Source of the DNA: a virus | Taxonomy: Duplodnaviria; Caudoviricetes | DNA: 63,305 nt | IMG/VR virus record: IMGVR_UViG_3300032087_001789 | Span: 1 to 63,305 of that record | Direction: 5' to 3' (one strand) | Part shown: one piece after another, positions 35,501 to 44,994 of the stretch | Layout of the letters: every line of letters begins with the position of its first letter | Position numbering within the stretch: the first letter of the stretch is position 1 | Made by a program: the position numbers and the translations under genes | The notes under the pieces: model-generated | What the model was told of the DNA's origin: nothing | What the model saw: the letters and a program-made list of their open reading frames with translations, nothing else | Databases searched by the model: none

Positions 35501-36426
35501 GGTACTGCATCTTGCAGTTTGTTGTATTCAGCGTCAGACACAACAGCGTAAGAGCCATCGTTGTAAAAGTCTACACCATTAAACAATTCCGAATAACTGT
35601 ACTCACCAACATAGTACATAGTGTTGTCATAAACATCTCTAAAAAATAGTCTTAGGTTTGGTATAGTAGAACCTAACCCCATACCTAAAGTTCCGCCGCC
35701 AATCTGCACCTCTATCTTGTTGAAGTTAGAGTCGTAAGCAGCGCCATCAAAACCATTGTTAAGAGTATTAAATCCCACTGTATTTTCAGAGTATTCTCCA
35801 ATAGCAGAAACCTCTCCGTCTCTGTATACGTATTGAAGGGCAAACTGAAAAGACTTACCTGCGATGTCGTTAGACTTTTTACTTGAGTCTGTTGTGTAGG
35901 ATACGATAGGCGCAAAGGGACTTGGCTTCATAACAGACGCTTCGTTTTGGCTGCTTGGATAAGAGCCTACTGCTACCGTTGTGTCTACGTTTATCTTCTG
36001 AGGCTTTTCTACACCGTCTGTAAAGTACAAGTGAAGTTCCTCATCAATTACCATACCATCAATATGCAATGGCTCACCTGACAAAAGGATGTTGGCGGAT
36101 TCAATGATTTTAGTAAATGTACTACTACCCTGCTCTAACTCGTATACAGTGTGTGTACCAACGCTTCCGTGTACAAATACAAAGAACCTGTTAGTACCCT
36201 CGTGTTCGTAGCAACCGACTATAGTGTTTGTGTTGCCTATAAAAGAGTATCCCAATCCATTACCTGTCAGGTTAGTGTTACCTGCGATATTCTTAACTAC
36301 ACCTTGGTTACCATCATCATCAGCAGATATACGCACGTTTTGTGCGTCAATCATCTCCTGTGCAGCGATAATACGGCTATCGTTATCTAAGTTTAGATAG
36401 CGAGGTGTAAGGGTATTGATGCCCAT
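32575..36426 (-). CDS. Tail stabilisation/muzzle protein (crAss-like, P22 gp10-like)
   Basis: LN.D.D.R...IDAQNVRI N-terminus, LYFTDG...PQKINV, NRLIYGNY.EG, IRG.Y C-terminus. Confidence 0.75.
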   Translation of the reverse strand: MGINTLTPRYLNLDNDSRIIAAQEMIDAQNVRISADDDGNQGVVKNIAGNTNLTGNGLGYSFIGNTNTIVGCYEHEGTNRFFVFVHGSVGTHTVYELEQGSSTFTKIIESANILLSGEPLHIDGMVIDEELHLYFTDGVEKPQKINVDTTVAVGSYPSSQNEASVMKPSPFAPIVSYTTDSSKKSNDIAGKSFQFALQYVYRDGEVSAIGEYSENTVGFNTLNNGFDGAAYDSNFNKIEVQIGGGTLGMGLGSTIPNLRLFFRDVYDNTMYYVGEYSYSELFNGVDFYNDGSYAVVSDAEYNKLQDAVPKTAKAQTITANRLIYGNYTEGFNKPTLTPTLTAVLDSSLETPRMTESTTYSPTVVSIDTSEVEKLIDGSTDIETITKFKMAKIGLNPVVNTSSTHDVELRQTNGALVGTDTVIVRLGLGTADIFKSKTITAPTDISNFRTKLANALNNETFEVAIEPTQSTVITISSTSYSLYFAGTATFSISASTTSTGIDITFELESFNVRTARVASGGVNRDDLKSSLNITSGITTGTIGSWTTEDGQSVAYISHDNQTFKAGESHSFGVVFEDEYGRTTGVQELGSVYIPTLGERNPDELGSASVDVSFTASGLDSDLRRFFYVYSGGNSIEDYIQYSVGHAYVVDNSDNEAGNSEAIYLGLRTLQGKDQSYSGGDGGADLTYSFTEGDKLRILSYKDGDSTIYPKDYIFDVVGLTTLDTNIFPTGHGHSDFESTGDFLLLKNASYSDFNRDAVDANTDLWDSECIVEIYTPKKEQTTKIYRAIEGKYEVSTDIGNTHNLKQGNAWYKQRNIKFTNASDDTLSDNLRYVESIQYSDYDKNTKGDLGGKPYAVINNEREHHRISSLTYSEPQLADSAQTNLSSFNNSLANFADYEMNYGGIFGLCDMSDSIMVLQSDKVSRIPVSRQILATGTGSEFVTQSTDILGLQQHYGGNFGINEDRTAFLKADGTVYLVDVTRSKIVALTEQGVNLLSDKSVSTFVDERSKSMLADADGYYVSIGYDKENKEVLFSLQNKPLTNTKSLVYSVGLDKFTTFVDYTGTFYGTLGNRFFQIRDNQVWEAEQNSIYGSFFGLQYDAYIEAVFNQDPTSRKVYNAIGVDATANPSATITTIDQEVSMPEGLFSLKEGVYYGHVPREEGTSQFVVLGEVQSENDPEITMKAKVNRLPFRLGGDVYKLDAGVFTQIAGVTADSLVSPRVLSMSNAGAVTAGDEIAVKGASVDGDPIRGAYAEVKLTFNDATAFELFAVSAHTSESGLHNNSQQ

Positions 36427-36432
36427 AGACTA

Positions 36433-37239
36433 TTAGTATTTTGGAGATTGCTTGAAGTTCTTGCGAATCACATTCAATGCTTCTTCTTTGCTGAATGCGT
36501 TCATACGAGACTTAGCAATTCTCAGTTCGTTGTAGTAGTTCTGACGAGCCATCTGCTTCTCAACAGCAGGTACATTAGACTTACGCTGAATGAGTTTTAA
36601 GTAGATGTAGTTACGTAGCGCCTCTTCTGCATAAACGTGTACAGATGGGTTAGTGCTACGCGCCTCATCAGCGATGTATTCAACGACAACGTCCTCGATT
36701 ACGACAGATGAGTTTAGTTCGAGTCTGTTCTGCTCGTAGTTCAAACGGTAGTGTCCGATTCCCTTACCGCCACCATAACCGTAGGTACGACCTTCTGCAG
36801 ACTCGTATAAGTATTGACGGTGTTCGTAGTTGTCTGCGTTGTCTCCACCAATGTTGTTGATAACCGTGGTAGACGCTTCTCTATCGTAGACTCCGTCGCT
36901 ATCGCTGTCAATAGGATTACCAAAAGAGTCTTCCTTGTATTGCTGAGCGATGTTAATGTTTTTGTTTTCTTTTAGGACGTACACAATGCCGTCAGACCCT
37001 GCAACAGCAACACGTAACAAACCAACAAAGTCATCAGGTAGGTCAACTGTATTGTTGTCAGATACCTCAAGACTTAGGGACTTTACACGCTTCATTACAT
37101 CGAAGCCCATTTCACGAATACCACGCAAAGCCAATTGATGCACGTGGTAGTCTGCTACGTTTGATACGTAGTCGTCCTCTGATAGTGTTAGCAAGAAGTC
37201 ATTTACAACCTCTTTTACTGTTACAGTGTTACGAGCCAT
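36433..37239 (-). CDS. Tail ring/adaptor protein
   Basis: LPDDFV.L.RV, VEYI, EEAL..YI pattern; position. Confidence 0.65.
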   Translation of the reverse strand: MARNTVTVKEVVNDFLLTLSEDDYVSNVADYHVHQLALRGIREMGFDVMKRVKSLSLEVSDNNTVDLPDDFVGLLRVAVAGSDGIVYVLKENKNINIAQQYKEDSFGNPIDSDSDGVYDREASTTVINNIGGDNADNYEHRQYLYESAEGRTYGYGGGKGIGHYRLNYEQNRLELNSSVVIEDVVVEYIADEARSTNPSVHVYAEEALRNYIYLKLIQRKSNVPAVEKQMARQNYYNELRIAKSRMNAFSKEEALNVIRKNFKQSPKY

Positions 37240-37994
37240 TATCTTCTAATCATTTTCTGTTGGTCTTCGGAAGTTCCATATTGGAATATGTCTGCTTGAC
37301 GAAGATTGATTCCTATTAGTTTCGCCAACTCAAGAACCAAATCAGGCACATAGTGAGACGGCAACTCAAAGTCTACAGATGTGTTTACATCGTACACCTC
37401 TACTCCGTTAGCGTCTGTAGTGTACCCAAACTTAGGCAACAGCGCAGTCTGAGCGTCTGTAACAGGGTTGATACCCTCGGGTTGCTTATAGTAGCGAACT
37501 TTAATCTTTCTAATTGATGTCGGGAACACTTGGATGTTCTGCGACACAAGTGCTACAGGGTTGTCCTCTGTAGGCACAGATAGTGTAGACTGAAGAATCA
37601 TATCAATCTTTTCCTCGTCATACACCGCTTGGATTCTGTTAGATGTAGTTTGGTCTAAGAACCAATCTCCACTTGTAGTCATGGAGATAATACGTGCAAG
37701 GTCTTCAGGCTTCGTAAAAGAGCCTAAATCGTTGCTTGGAGAGGTTAGGGTCGCAGACTTAGAGAAGTGCGCTAAATCCTCTTGTATTTGCTTTACACGG
37801 TTCTTATCACGACCTGCATCAACCTGACGAATAGATTTACGCTTATTATCTTGAAGTTCTTCAAATAATCCGTTGTAAACCTTTTGTTGTGCGATACCTG
37901 CGAATGCGTTGAATTGAGCAGGACTAATCATCCCTCTCTCGTCTTTATTCGCTAAGTCTTTGATAATGTTATATACCTCGTAAACAGAAGCCAT
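37239..37994 (-). CDS. Tail ring/tubular protein
   Basis: NK..RG.ISP.QFN, Y.KQP, DFELP pattern. Confidence 0.65.
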   Translation of the reverse strand: MASVYEVYNIIKDLANKDERGMISPAQFNAFAGIAQQKVYNGLFEELQDNKRKSIRQVDAGRDKNRVKQIQEDLAHFSKSATLTSPSNDLGSFTKPEDLARIISMTTSGDWFLDQTTSNRIQAVYDEEKIDMILQSTLSVPTEDNPVALVSQNIQVFPTSIRKIKVRYYKQPEGINPVTDAQTALLPKFGYTTDANGVEVYDVNTSVDFELPSHYVPDLVLELAKLIGINLRQADIFQYGTSEDQQKMIRR

Positions 37995-38016
37995 TTGTTA
38001 TTTGCTTTATTATATG

Positions 38017-38060
38017 CAAATATACGAAAAAAAAGAAGAGCCACCCGTAGGTGACCCTTC
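38017..38060 (-). promoter_or_regulatory. Terminator hairpin followed by a TATATTTG promoter
   Basis: Hairpin plus poly-T on the - strand (38027-38060); promoter 38017-38024. Confidence 0.65.
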
Positions 38061-38084
38061 AAGAACTCTAATCGAGTTATCGGA

Positions 38085-38888
38085 CTATAGACTGTCAATT
38101 TGGCGTTGCAGTTCATCACGAACTGTGTTGCCACGCTCAGTCATTAGGAAGCGAGTAAATGTCTCAACTGTATTCTGTCCCATCGGAGTAGGAGAGATAA
38201 GTGCGTTATTGTCACCCCAATACATACCATCGGGTTTTGCAACCAAGATTTGGAAGTCAATCGCAGTAAGTACGTCAGCCTTAATCTGTACTACAGGGCT
38301 TGAGAACAAGTCCATAAAGTTTTTAGGGTTAGACTTAGCGAACTTCAACAACTCTTTCTTAATCTCAACAGACGACATCTCGCTGTCAATACCGTATGAT
38401 AGTACCATAGGCATCAACTCTTCAAGTGATGTAGAGCGGATAAGACCGATAGCGTCGTGTACCAAGAACTCGTTTTCTACGTCTTGTTCTGCGGTAGACT
38501 CGTTGTTTACCTCTTGGAAAATCTTACCACCATTCGCTACGTTAGCAGGGTGCATACGCAAGTAAGCCAAGAGTTCAGGTTGACTTGGAAGAACCATCAA
38601 TGCTTTGTCACGGAAAACGATAGTCTCGCGACGTGCAGACTGAGACTGCTCATCTACGAAGATAGAACGCTCACCACGTGCATAACGAATTTCACGGTTG
38701 TACCCTTGCTCTTCGTCAAATACAATAATGTTCTTCTGAGGAATTTTGTAATAGATACCACCACCCTTTACAACAGAAAAGACGGTTGGTTTCGGTGCAG
38801 ACTTCTTTTTGGCTACGGGGCGCTTTGCCGCTGCTTTAGCCTTTGCTGCAGGTTTCTTTGCGCTTGTGCGCTTAACTGTATCAGCCAT
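38085..38888 (-). CDS. Conserved hypothetical protein downstream of MCP
   Basis: K/A-rich N-terminus; REIRY...E.SIFVDEQ. Confidence 0.75.
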   Translation of the reverse strand: MADTVKRTSAKKPAAKAKAAAKRPVAKKKSAPKPTVFSVVKGGGIYYKIPQKNIIVFDEEQGYNREIRYARGERSIFVDEQSQSARRETIVFRDKALMVLPSQPELLAYLRMHPANVANGGKIFQEVNNESTAEQDVENEFLVHDAIGLIRSTSLEELMPMVLSYGIDSEMSSVEIKKELLKFAKSNPKNFMDLFSSPVVQIKADVLTAIDFQILVAKPDGMYWGDNNALISPTPMGQNTVETFTRFLMTERGNTVRDELQRQIDSL

Positions 38889-38916
38889 AATAAAATAGAA
38901 TTAAATAATTATAATG

Positions 38917-38970
38917 CAAATATACAAAATGTTTTATAAAAAAGAAAGCCCCCCGAATGGGAGGCTCTCA
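38917..38970 (-). promoter_or_regulatory. MCP terminator followed by a TATATTTG promoter
   Basis: GAGAGCCTCCC/GGGGGCTTTC-TTTTTT on the - strand; promoter 38917-38924. Confidence 0.7.
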
Positions 38971-38990
38971 TTAATCTATGTTGTTAAGAA

Positions 38991-40307
38991 TTACTTCTTC
39001 AACAATACGTGACGGTTAGCCGCACGAGTAATCAAGTTACACTCAGAACGGTAGTTGAACTGTACGCTATCTTCAGTTGCATTCTTAGCACCCAAGATAG
39101 AACCTGTCATCCAATGCTCCATTTCACGAGAGTATCCGTTAGTAGCCTTGTAGTTGATTTCCAAAGCAGGTGCTTTCTCACCTGTCTTAGCATCAGCAAC
39201 TTTAGCCATAGGAATCATTACACCTGCGAAGTCAGCGTCAGCCAACAACGTTGGGTCGTTCAACAATTTGAAGTCGTGCTTGTGGAAAGTGTAACCACCA
39301 CGAGAGAATGTGCGGAAGCCAAGAGCAACAGCCATATCCTTGTCATTGTTGAAAGCACCAAATTGACCTGCGATACCTGCAGTAGTACCTGCAGAAACAC
39401 CTTGAGCAACCATATCGTCGATAGCCAAGTCAGTTGCGCGGTCTACGTACATAGCGTACTCAGCAGCACCACCTTGCTTGTCCAATTCAACTACGATAGC
39501 ATCAACGTCAGCCAAAGAAGCGAAGTCAGCATCAGCACCTGAAGCAACGATACCACGGTCTTCGATAGCAGCGAAGTAACCTTCAGAACCTGAGATTCCG
39601 CTAACAGCAGAAGTCTTCTCGCCCAAAAGAAGCATCATTTCGCGCTTGTCCAAGAAACGTTGACGTGTGTCAGCCTCAGACTTAACGTACCAACGGTAGT
39701 CGCCGTTACCCAAGTCAATCCAACCGATGTTAGTTGCTTGTGAACCGCTTACCTTGTAAACCTCTTTCATAATCATGAATGGGTTAGTACGCTTAACAAC
39801 GTTAGCCTCGAAAGAACCGCTTGGTTGGTCAGAACCCTGAGCGTACAAGTTACCGATAACAGCCAATGAAACTGCAGCGTTGTCAGAAAGTGACAATGTA
39901 GCAGAACCATCAAGAGCAACCAAAGTGATTTGGTTACCTGTGATATCAGAAACGTAGAAACGGTCAGAACCGCTCAACAATACGTCGTTCTCACGACATA
40001 CGATAGCGTCACTGTTAGTACCAACTTCGATGATAAGACCTGTAGTCCCATCAGTCAATGCAGTTTGCTTTTGGTGCAAACGTGCTTCTTCCCAATACTG
40101 TACCTCATCAGCAACAGCCTGTGCTTTAACAGCACCAACCATTTGCAAGAATCCTGTGATACCTTGGTTTCCGTAAGTCTTAACAAGAGCCTCACGGTTA
40201 TCAGGTTTATTAACCTCGTCGATGTAGTCACCGAGTGAAACATACTTGGTCATATCCAAGTTACGAATAAGAGCGGGGTTAAAGTCGCTCGGAGAAGTAA
40301 AAGCCAT
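38991..40307 (-). CDS. Major capsid protein
   Basis: 438 aa after the scaffold; YWEEARLH, GSEGYFAAIEDRG; strong codon bias and a terminator. Confidence 0.85.
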   Translation of the reverse strand: MAFTSPSDFNPALIRNLDMTKYVSLGDYIDEVNKPDNREALVKTYGNQGITGFLQMVGAVKAQAVADEVQYWEEARLHQKQTALTDGTTGLIIEVGTNSDAIVCRENDVLLSGSDRFYVSDITGNQITLVALDGSATLSLSDNAAVSLAVIGNLYAQGSDQPSGSFEANVVKRTNPFMIMKEVYKVSGSQATNIGWIDLGNGDYRWYVKSEADTRQRFLDKREMMLLLGEKTSAVSGISGSEGYFAAIEDRGIVASGADADFASLADVDAIVVELDKQGGAAEYAMYVDRATDLAIDDMVAQGVSAGTTAGIAGQFGAFNNDKDMAVALGFRTFSRGGYTFHKHDFKLLNDPTLLADADFAGVMIPMAKVADAKTGEKAPALEINYKATNGYSREMEHWMTGSILGAKNATEDSVQFNYRSECNLITRAANRHVLLKK

Positions 40308-40338
40308 TTTTTTGTATTATTTAGTTAGGCATTAAACA

Positions 40339-41538
40339 TTAAAATTTCAGTCGCAGAGTATCATCGCCACCCTGCAGGGCATTTAGTATTTGTTGGCGAA
40401 CCTTGTCCTCAGACGAAGACGCGCTCGTTGCATTAGAACTTGGCGTTACATTAGATGGGTTAACCGCTTGTTTAACTACATTTGATGTTCCTGCACTAAT
40501 ACCCTGCTTGTATGCAGCGTCTACAATGCTTTCAATGTTGTCAATTAAAGTACGGTGTACATTTAATTTTGCAAAGTCCCAATTGCCTGAGTCGTCTACG
40601 TATTGGTCGAAGTATTCGTCCAAACTCGCTTGGCTTTGTTTCAAAGAAGACTTGTACGAGTCTGTCAATCCGAAAGAGAAAGTATCATCCTTTCCTACGC
40701 TAAATTCAAGCGCTTCCATATCGTCAACCTGTGCACTCATCTGACTAATCCACTCAGCCGTAATAGGCGATTCAATTTCCGCAGGTTCTTCAGATGCTGT
40801 CTCCTTAGCGATAGGGGCTTTGTAAGACTCGCGCAATCCTTCTAATTCCTTACGGGCATTTCGGGCATCCATCGACAACTGCAACTTACCTAATCGTGCA
40901 TCCTGCTCTCCGTGTACATCTTCGTCCAACTTGTACTTGTTGTCAAGTAGTAAGTCAGCGTCAGAGTCTGACAGGTCAGGATACTGTTGCTTTAGTTGTT
41001 GGCGCATTACCGTGATGTCATCCATTTCGGATGGGTTCATCGCTTGGTAAGTAAACCAATCTTGCGGGTCACGACCCGTCTCAGCAACAAAGTCTGCAAT
41101 AGCCTTAACACGTGGGTCAAGTTCAGTTGCTTCTGTCTGCGTATTTAGTCTCTCTAACAATGAATCTTTAGACAGTCCGTCGAAGCCAAGCATTTCGCCT
41201 ACGGCTTGGAACAGCATATCCTCATACTCCTCATCAGAGATGTTATCTTCCTCGGTATCGTTGCTATAAGACTCCTCGTAAGAATCGTCTTTAAGAAGTT
41301 CCTTTTCAATTTCATCTAAAGGTTCTTCTGCAACCTCCACCTCAGTAGATGGTGTTTCTTCATTTTCAAGAACGTCAGTCTCTTCAACATTCTCAACAGC
41401 CTCTTCGGTCTGTTCAGTCTGTTCGGTAGACTCTACCTGCTCTTCGTTTGTCGCTTCTTCACCTGTTAAAAAACTTGGTGGCGTACTACTTAGGTTAATA
41501 CCTAATTCTTCCGCAGCGCTTTCAAATTCGTTAGCCAT
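40339..41538 (-). CDS. Scaffolding-like acidic protein
   Basis: Very E/D-rich N-terminus; immediately upstream of MCP. Confidence 0.7.
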   Translation of the reverse strand: MANEFESAAEELGINLSSTPPSFLTGEEATNEEQVESTEQTEQTEEAVENVEETDVLENEETPSTEVEVAEEPLDEIEKELLKDDSYEESYSNDTEEDNISDEEYEDMLFQAVGEMLGFDGLSKDSLLERLNTQTEATELDPRVKAIADFVAETGRDPQDWFTYQAMNPSEMDDITVMRQQLKQQYPDLSDSDADLLLDNKYKLDEDVHGEQDARLGKLQLSMDARNARKELEGLRESYKAPIAKETASEEPAEIESPITAEWISQMSAQVDDMEALEFSVGKDDTFSFGLTDSYKSSLKQSQASLDEYFDQYVDDSGNWDFAKLNVHRTLIDNIESIVDAAYKQGISAGTSNVVKQAVNPSNVTPSSNATSASSSEDKVRQQILNALQGGDDTLRLKF

Positions 41539-41563
41539 AATTAAATAGAATTAGTTTCTCTTG

Positions 41564-41641
41564 CAAAGATAGTAAAAATTATTTTCTTTATTCTAATTTA
41601 CAGAAGGTACTTGTTTTTTACAAGAAGAATCCGTATCTTTG
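41564..41641. promoter_or_regulatory. Divergent TATCTTTG promoters
   Basis: - strand 41564-41571; + strand 41634-41641. Confidence 0.7.
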
Positions 41642-41671
41642 AATTGTTACTAATCATAATATATTATCAAA

Positions 41672-42001
41672 ATGAAGAATTTGTTATATACTCTATTTCT
41701 AATCTGTATTTGTTTTGTTGAGAGTAATGGTGGTATAGAGAACAATATATCGTATGATGTTGCGCCCACGGATTCTGTGTGGTACACGGTAATAAACGCT
41801 TGGGAATCTGAAGTGACTAAAGAGCAATACGACTTAATGGATTACTTTACGTTAGAAAGAGCGGACTCAATTTGGTTAGAGTACGAAGATGGATGGGAAG
41901 CGTTGTTTATCACTAATGCAATGTTTGATACCATTTTGGTACACGAGGTTAGCCCTGAAGGTAGAGTAGGATATCAATTTTTAATTTGGACTGAGGAATG
42001 A
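41672..42001 (+). CDS. Secreted or membrane hypothetical protein
   Basis: N-terminal signal-like segment. Confidence 0.65.
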   Translation: MKNLLYTLFLICICFVESNGGIENNISYDVAPTDSVWYTVINAWESEVTKEQYDLMDYFTLERADSIWLEYEDGWEALFITNAMFDTILVHEVSPEGRVGYQFLIWTEE

Positions 42002-42123
42002 GAAATGTTACACTAAAGGAAGACAAACCTAAGAAAAAGCGTAAAGGAGTTCACGCAAAGTCAAAGAACTCTAAAAGCAAAAACAGCAAGAACTATGTCA
42101 AGCGAAGTAGAGGACAGGGATAA
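41998..42123 (+). CDS. 41-aa Lys-rich peptide ending in RGQG (not in ORF track)
   Basis: MRNVTLKEDKPKKKRKGVHAKSKNSKSKNSKNYVKRSRGQG; ATGA coupling. Confidence 0.65.
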   Translation: MRNVTLKEDKPKKKRKGVHAKSKNSKSKNSKNYVKRSRGQG

Positions 42124-42148
42124 AATCTTACAAGAGCGTTACGCAAGT

Positions 42149-42253
42149 ATGAGCAACGCAAGACTCGAGGGAGAAACTTTTGAGGAGTACAAAGAAAGAC
42201 GCAGGGCGACAAACGCAATGCTAAAGCAATATCTTAAAGGCAGACGACTATGA
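42149..42253 (+). CDS. 34-aa peptide (not in ORF track)
   Basis: MSNARLEGETFEEYKERRRATNAMLKQYLKGRRL; ATGA-coupled to the amidase. Confidence 0.6.
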   Translation: MSNARLEGETFEEYKERRRATNAMLKQYLKGRRL

Positions 42254-42663
42254 GGAATATCAAAGAAGTAATCATCCATTGTTCAGCAACAGTTGAAGGA
42301 AAAGACTTTGATGTTAACGACATTGACCGTTGGCATCGAGATAGAGGGTGGAATGGGTGTGGATACCACTATGTAATTAAGTTAGATGGTACTATCCAAG
42401 CAGGTAGACCGCTTGACAAAATTGGCGCTCACACAAAAGGAAGAAACCAAGGTAGCATCGGTATTTGTTATATCGGTGGTGTAGATGAAAACATTGACGC
42501 TAAAGACACAAGGACAGAAGCACAGAAGATTTCAATGCAACGTTTAGTATCTGCTATTAATGTTTTGTTTGGTGGAAATATCAAGGTGTATGGACACCGA
42601 GAGTTTGCGAGAAAGGCTTGTCCCTCGTTTGAGGTCAAGGATGAGTTCTCAGCATATAGATAA
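42250..42663 (+). CDS. N-acetylmuramoyl-L-alanine amidase endolysin (T7 lysozyme-like)
   Basis: IIHCSAT, GYHYVI, GAH.KG.N, GH..F..KACPSF. Confidence 0.93.
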   Translation: MRNIKEVIIHCSATVEGKDFDVNDIDRWHRDRGWNGCGYHYVIKLDGTIQAGRPLDKIGAHTKGRNQGSIGICYIGGVDENIDAKDTRTEAQKISMQRLVSAINVLFGGNIKVYGHREFARKACPSFEVKDEFSAYR

Positions 42664-42691
42664 CAAGAAAGGGGCATCGCCCCTTTTTTTT
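42664..42691. terminator. Bidirectional terminator
   Basis: AAGAAAGGGGC-ATC-GCCCCTTTTTTTT. Confidence 0.8.
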
Positions 42692-43160
42692 ATGACAGGG
42701 GTCCGCGGTCTAAGTTGTGGATATCACCCTGTAGTGGATTAATAAGCATTGGTGGAGCAACAATCCTGCTACCTATATTCGCTGTTCTTTTAAAGATTCT
42801 ACCGATGGCTTTCATTCTTGGGCTTTGAGCGGCGCTTTTCATTAGGTTGAATGCAGGGCTTGTTCTAATAGCACGAGTTATGTCGCTAACCCTGACGCTA
42901 CTTGAAGCATCATCTGCTATATTTGTAGCAATCTCCCCAAAACCTTTTGCTTTCTCGGCAGTAGGTATTTGATTCTTAAACCCTATTAGTGGTTTAGCAG
43001 TAACAGTAACCTCGGGAATCATAGTAGTATTCTCAGGTATACCTTGGCTAACCTCTTCTACGTACTTTTTACGGGCAACGTCAATTTTAGCCTTTTGTTT
43101 CTGTTTGTTTCTCCTAATCATCTGCTTTTGCAGTTTAGGATTTTTTGTACCCTTGCTCAT
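42690..43160 (-). CDS. Basic hypothetical protein
   Basis: ORF track; IPEVTVTA motif. Confidence 0.65.
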   Translation of the reverse strand: MSKGTKNPKLQKQMIRRNKQKQKAKIDVARKKYVEEVSQGIPENTTMIPEVTVTAKPLIGFKNQIPTAEKAKGFGEIATNIADDASSSVRVSDITRAIRTSPAFNLMKSAAQSPRMKAIGRIFKRTANIGSRIVAPPMLINPLQGDIHNLDRGPLS

Positions 43161-43396
43161 CGTCTAAACCTTCTAACTAATTCAGCAATCTTTTTTGGTT
43201 GCTTTACAAACTGCTTACCCTTTTTGTTTCCTTTGGCTTTTGCTCTATTTGTGGCTGCTTTCTGAGCAGGGGTCAATGCAGCCCAAGCCGCAGCAGGTAA
43301 ATACCTTTTCTTACCCTCAGACTTAGAGCCATCAGATGTAGTCCAACGCTGTGCTGTCCATTTGCGTAGTGAACGCTGTGATTTTGAAAGAGCCAT
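43157..43396 (-). CDS. Small basic protein (DUF5872-like C-terminal half)
   Basis: SLRKWT.Q.W.T...RYLP..AW..L.....ATNR.K....KG.QFV. Confidence 0.65.
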   Translation of the reverse strand: MALSKSQRSLRKWTAQRWTTSDGSKSEGKKRYLPAAAWAALTPAQKAATNRAKAKGNKKGKQFVKQPKKIAELVRRFRR

Positions 43397-43983
43397 TAGT
43401 TTGTATAGCCTCCGCCGTTCTTCTTGTACAGCGAAGCAAGTAGTTGTGCTTTACGAGCAGACCATTGTCCTGCACGACCACCCTTAGTACCCGCCTTAAT
43501 TCTTTCAAACAGTCTTTTACGCATAGCAGGTTTTGTGTAGTTACCTGCTTCGTTTACCTTAGACTTAGCCTTACCACCTTTGTCGAACTTAGCATACATA
43601 TGCGTGTTTCCTTCTTTATCTTTAGTAAACTTGTATTCAGCATTAGTGTGCTTACCGTGATGTTCGGCTTTTTTAGCCATTAATACGTTTGAATTTTTAG
43701 AGGATGCTATTTTTTCATAGCCTTCAAAACCGCCTTCTACCTTACCGCCGCCCTTAAATGTTTTGTATCCATTCTTTTCACGGGCAGACTTGAGTTTTTT
43801 ACGAGCAGAATCTGCGCTAATCATCTTACCACCAAACTCGAACTTGGGTTTGTTGTCGTTTTTTTTGTACGGGTCTTCGTGACCATAGCCCTGCTTAGCA
43901 AGACGCAAGTGGTCTTTCATAGTATTAGCCTTGACAGACTTCTTACCCTTGTACATCATATGTGGTTTGAACTTGTTAGACAT
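43396..43983 (-). CDS. Basic protein with a DUF5872-like N-terminal-half domain
   Basis: NYTKP.MR......IKAG.KGG.AGQWSARKAQLLA..YK..GGGY. Confidence 0.7.
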   Translation of the reverse strand: MSNKFKPHMMYKGKKSVKANTMKDHLRLAKQGYGHEDPYKKNDNKPKFEFGGKMISADSARKKLKSAREKNGYKTFKGGGKVEGGFEGYEKIASSKNSNVLMAKKAEHHGKHTNAEYKFTKDKEGNTHMYAKFDKGGKAKSKVNEAGNYTKPAMRKRLFERIKAGTKGGRAGQWSARKAQLLASLYKKNGGGYTN

Positions 43984-44237
43984 TATTTCTTTGCTCTGTT
44001 TTTAGACTTGGTAATTACACGTAGGTTACCCATACTGTTGTTCATAGGGTTTCCGTCTACGTGGTCTACATCCATACCGTCGTTAGGAGAAACACGTCCC
44101 TTACTTTGCAGTTTGCGACGCGCTCTCATACGACTTGCGATTTTATGAAGATTAAGTCCGTTATATGCTTTGTCGTACTTTTTCTTCTTATCACGAGCCT
44201 TTTTATTATTCTTGTAATATAAGGCTGTTTTCTTCAT
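43983..44237 (-). CDS. HNH endonuclease-like protein
   Basis: DVDH.DGNP.NN...NLRV.....NR. Confidence 0.75.
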   Translation of the reverse strand: MKKTALYYKNNKKARDKKKKYDKAYNGLNLHKIASRMRARRKLQSKGRVSPNDGMDVDHVDGNPMNNSMGNLRVITKSKNRAKK

Positions 44238-44638
44238 TACTTTTTCTTAGGTAGTTTACCACCCACGAAGTATCTCTTACCTCTATTACTTTTTACAGTA
44301 ACACCTGCTTTAGCGGCACGTGATGTAAGAGCGCCTTCTTCGTCTCTTCCCACTTCGCCTACTCCTTGAACTTGCTTAGAACTTCTAATTCTTTGAGCGC
44401 GTCCTGCGTCTCCTGATTGTTCAGCGCCACGAGCATTTTTCTCTTTGAATGTGTCGCTTTGAATTTGAGCGGCTTCTTTTTTAGCCAATTCTCTCAGACG
44501 CTTTAACTCTTCCATCATAGCGGCTTTTTTTTCAGGGTCTTTTTCTGCTCTAATTTGAGCCTTCAAAGCCTCGATACGTGCAGGATAAGTTTTTTTGGTG
44601 TTGGTCATTTTACCACCTTCGTTATACTTAATCTTCAT
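44237..44638 (-). CDS. Basic hypothetical protein
   Basis: ORF track. Confidence 0.65.
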   Translation of the reverse strand: MKIKYNEGGKMTNTKKTYPARIEALKAQIRAEKDPEKKAAMMEELKRLRELAKKEAAQIQSDTFKEKNARGAEQSGDAGRAQRIRSSKQVQGVGEVGRDEEGALTSRAAKAGVTVKSNRGKRYFVGGKLPKKK

Positions 44639-44994
44639 TATTTCTTATGATTTAAGATTTCGTTGATTGTTTTTAACTTTATATTTTCCGCTTCCAAGTC
44701 AGAGACACGTTCGCCCATAGACTTGATTTCAGCGCGGAGTGTAGCATTCTCCATTTTGAGGTCTACAATTTCCTTCATTAACTCTTCGTGCTTCAGTTCT
44801 AATCCTTTGTACGCGACTAATAAATCTTCTGCTCTTTCTTGCAACAGTTTAATGGTTTCATCTTTAGCGACGAGTACATTGTCAGACTTGTCAGACTTGT
44901 GTCTGTATACCTTCCAATAGTAGTCAAACGCCTTTGTCGATGTGATACCAACCACCAAAGCGGTCAATGCAGAAAACATATTATCCATTACCAC
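44638..44994 (-). CDS. TM plus coiled-coil protein (lysis accessory-like)
   Basis: N-terminal hydrophobic helix, heptad repeats. Confidence 0.6.
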   Translation of the reverse strand: MVMDNMFSALTALVVGITSTKAFDYYWKVYRHKSDKSDNVLVAKDETIKLLQERAEDLLVAYKGLELKHEELMKEIVDLKMENATLRAEIKSMGERVSDLEAENIKLKTINEILNHKK

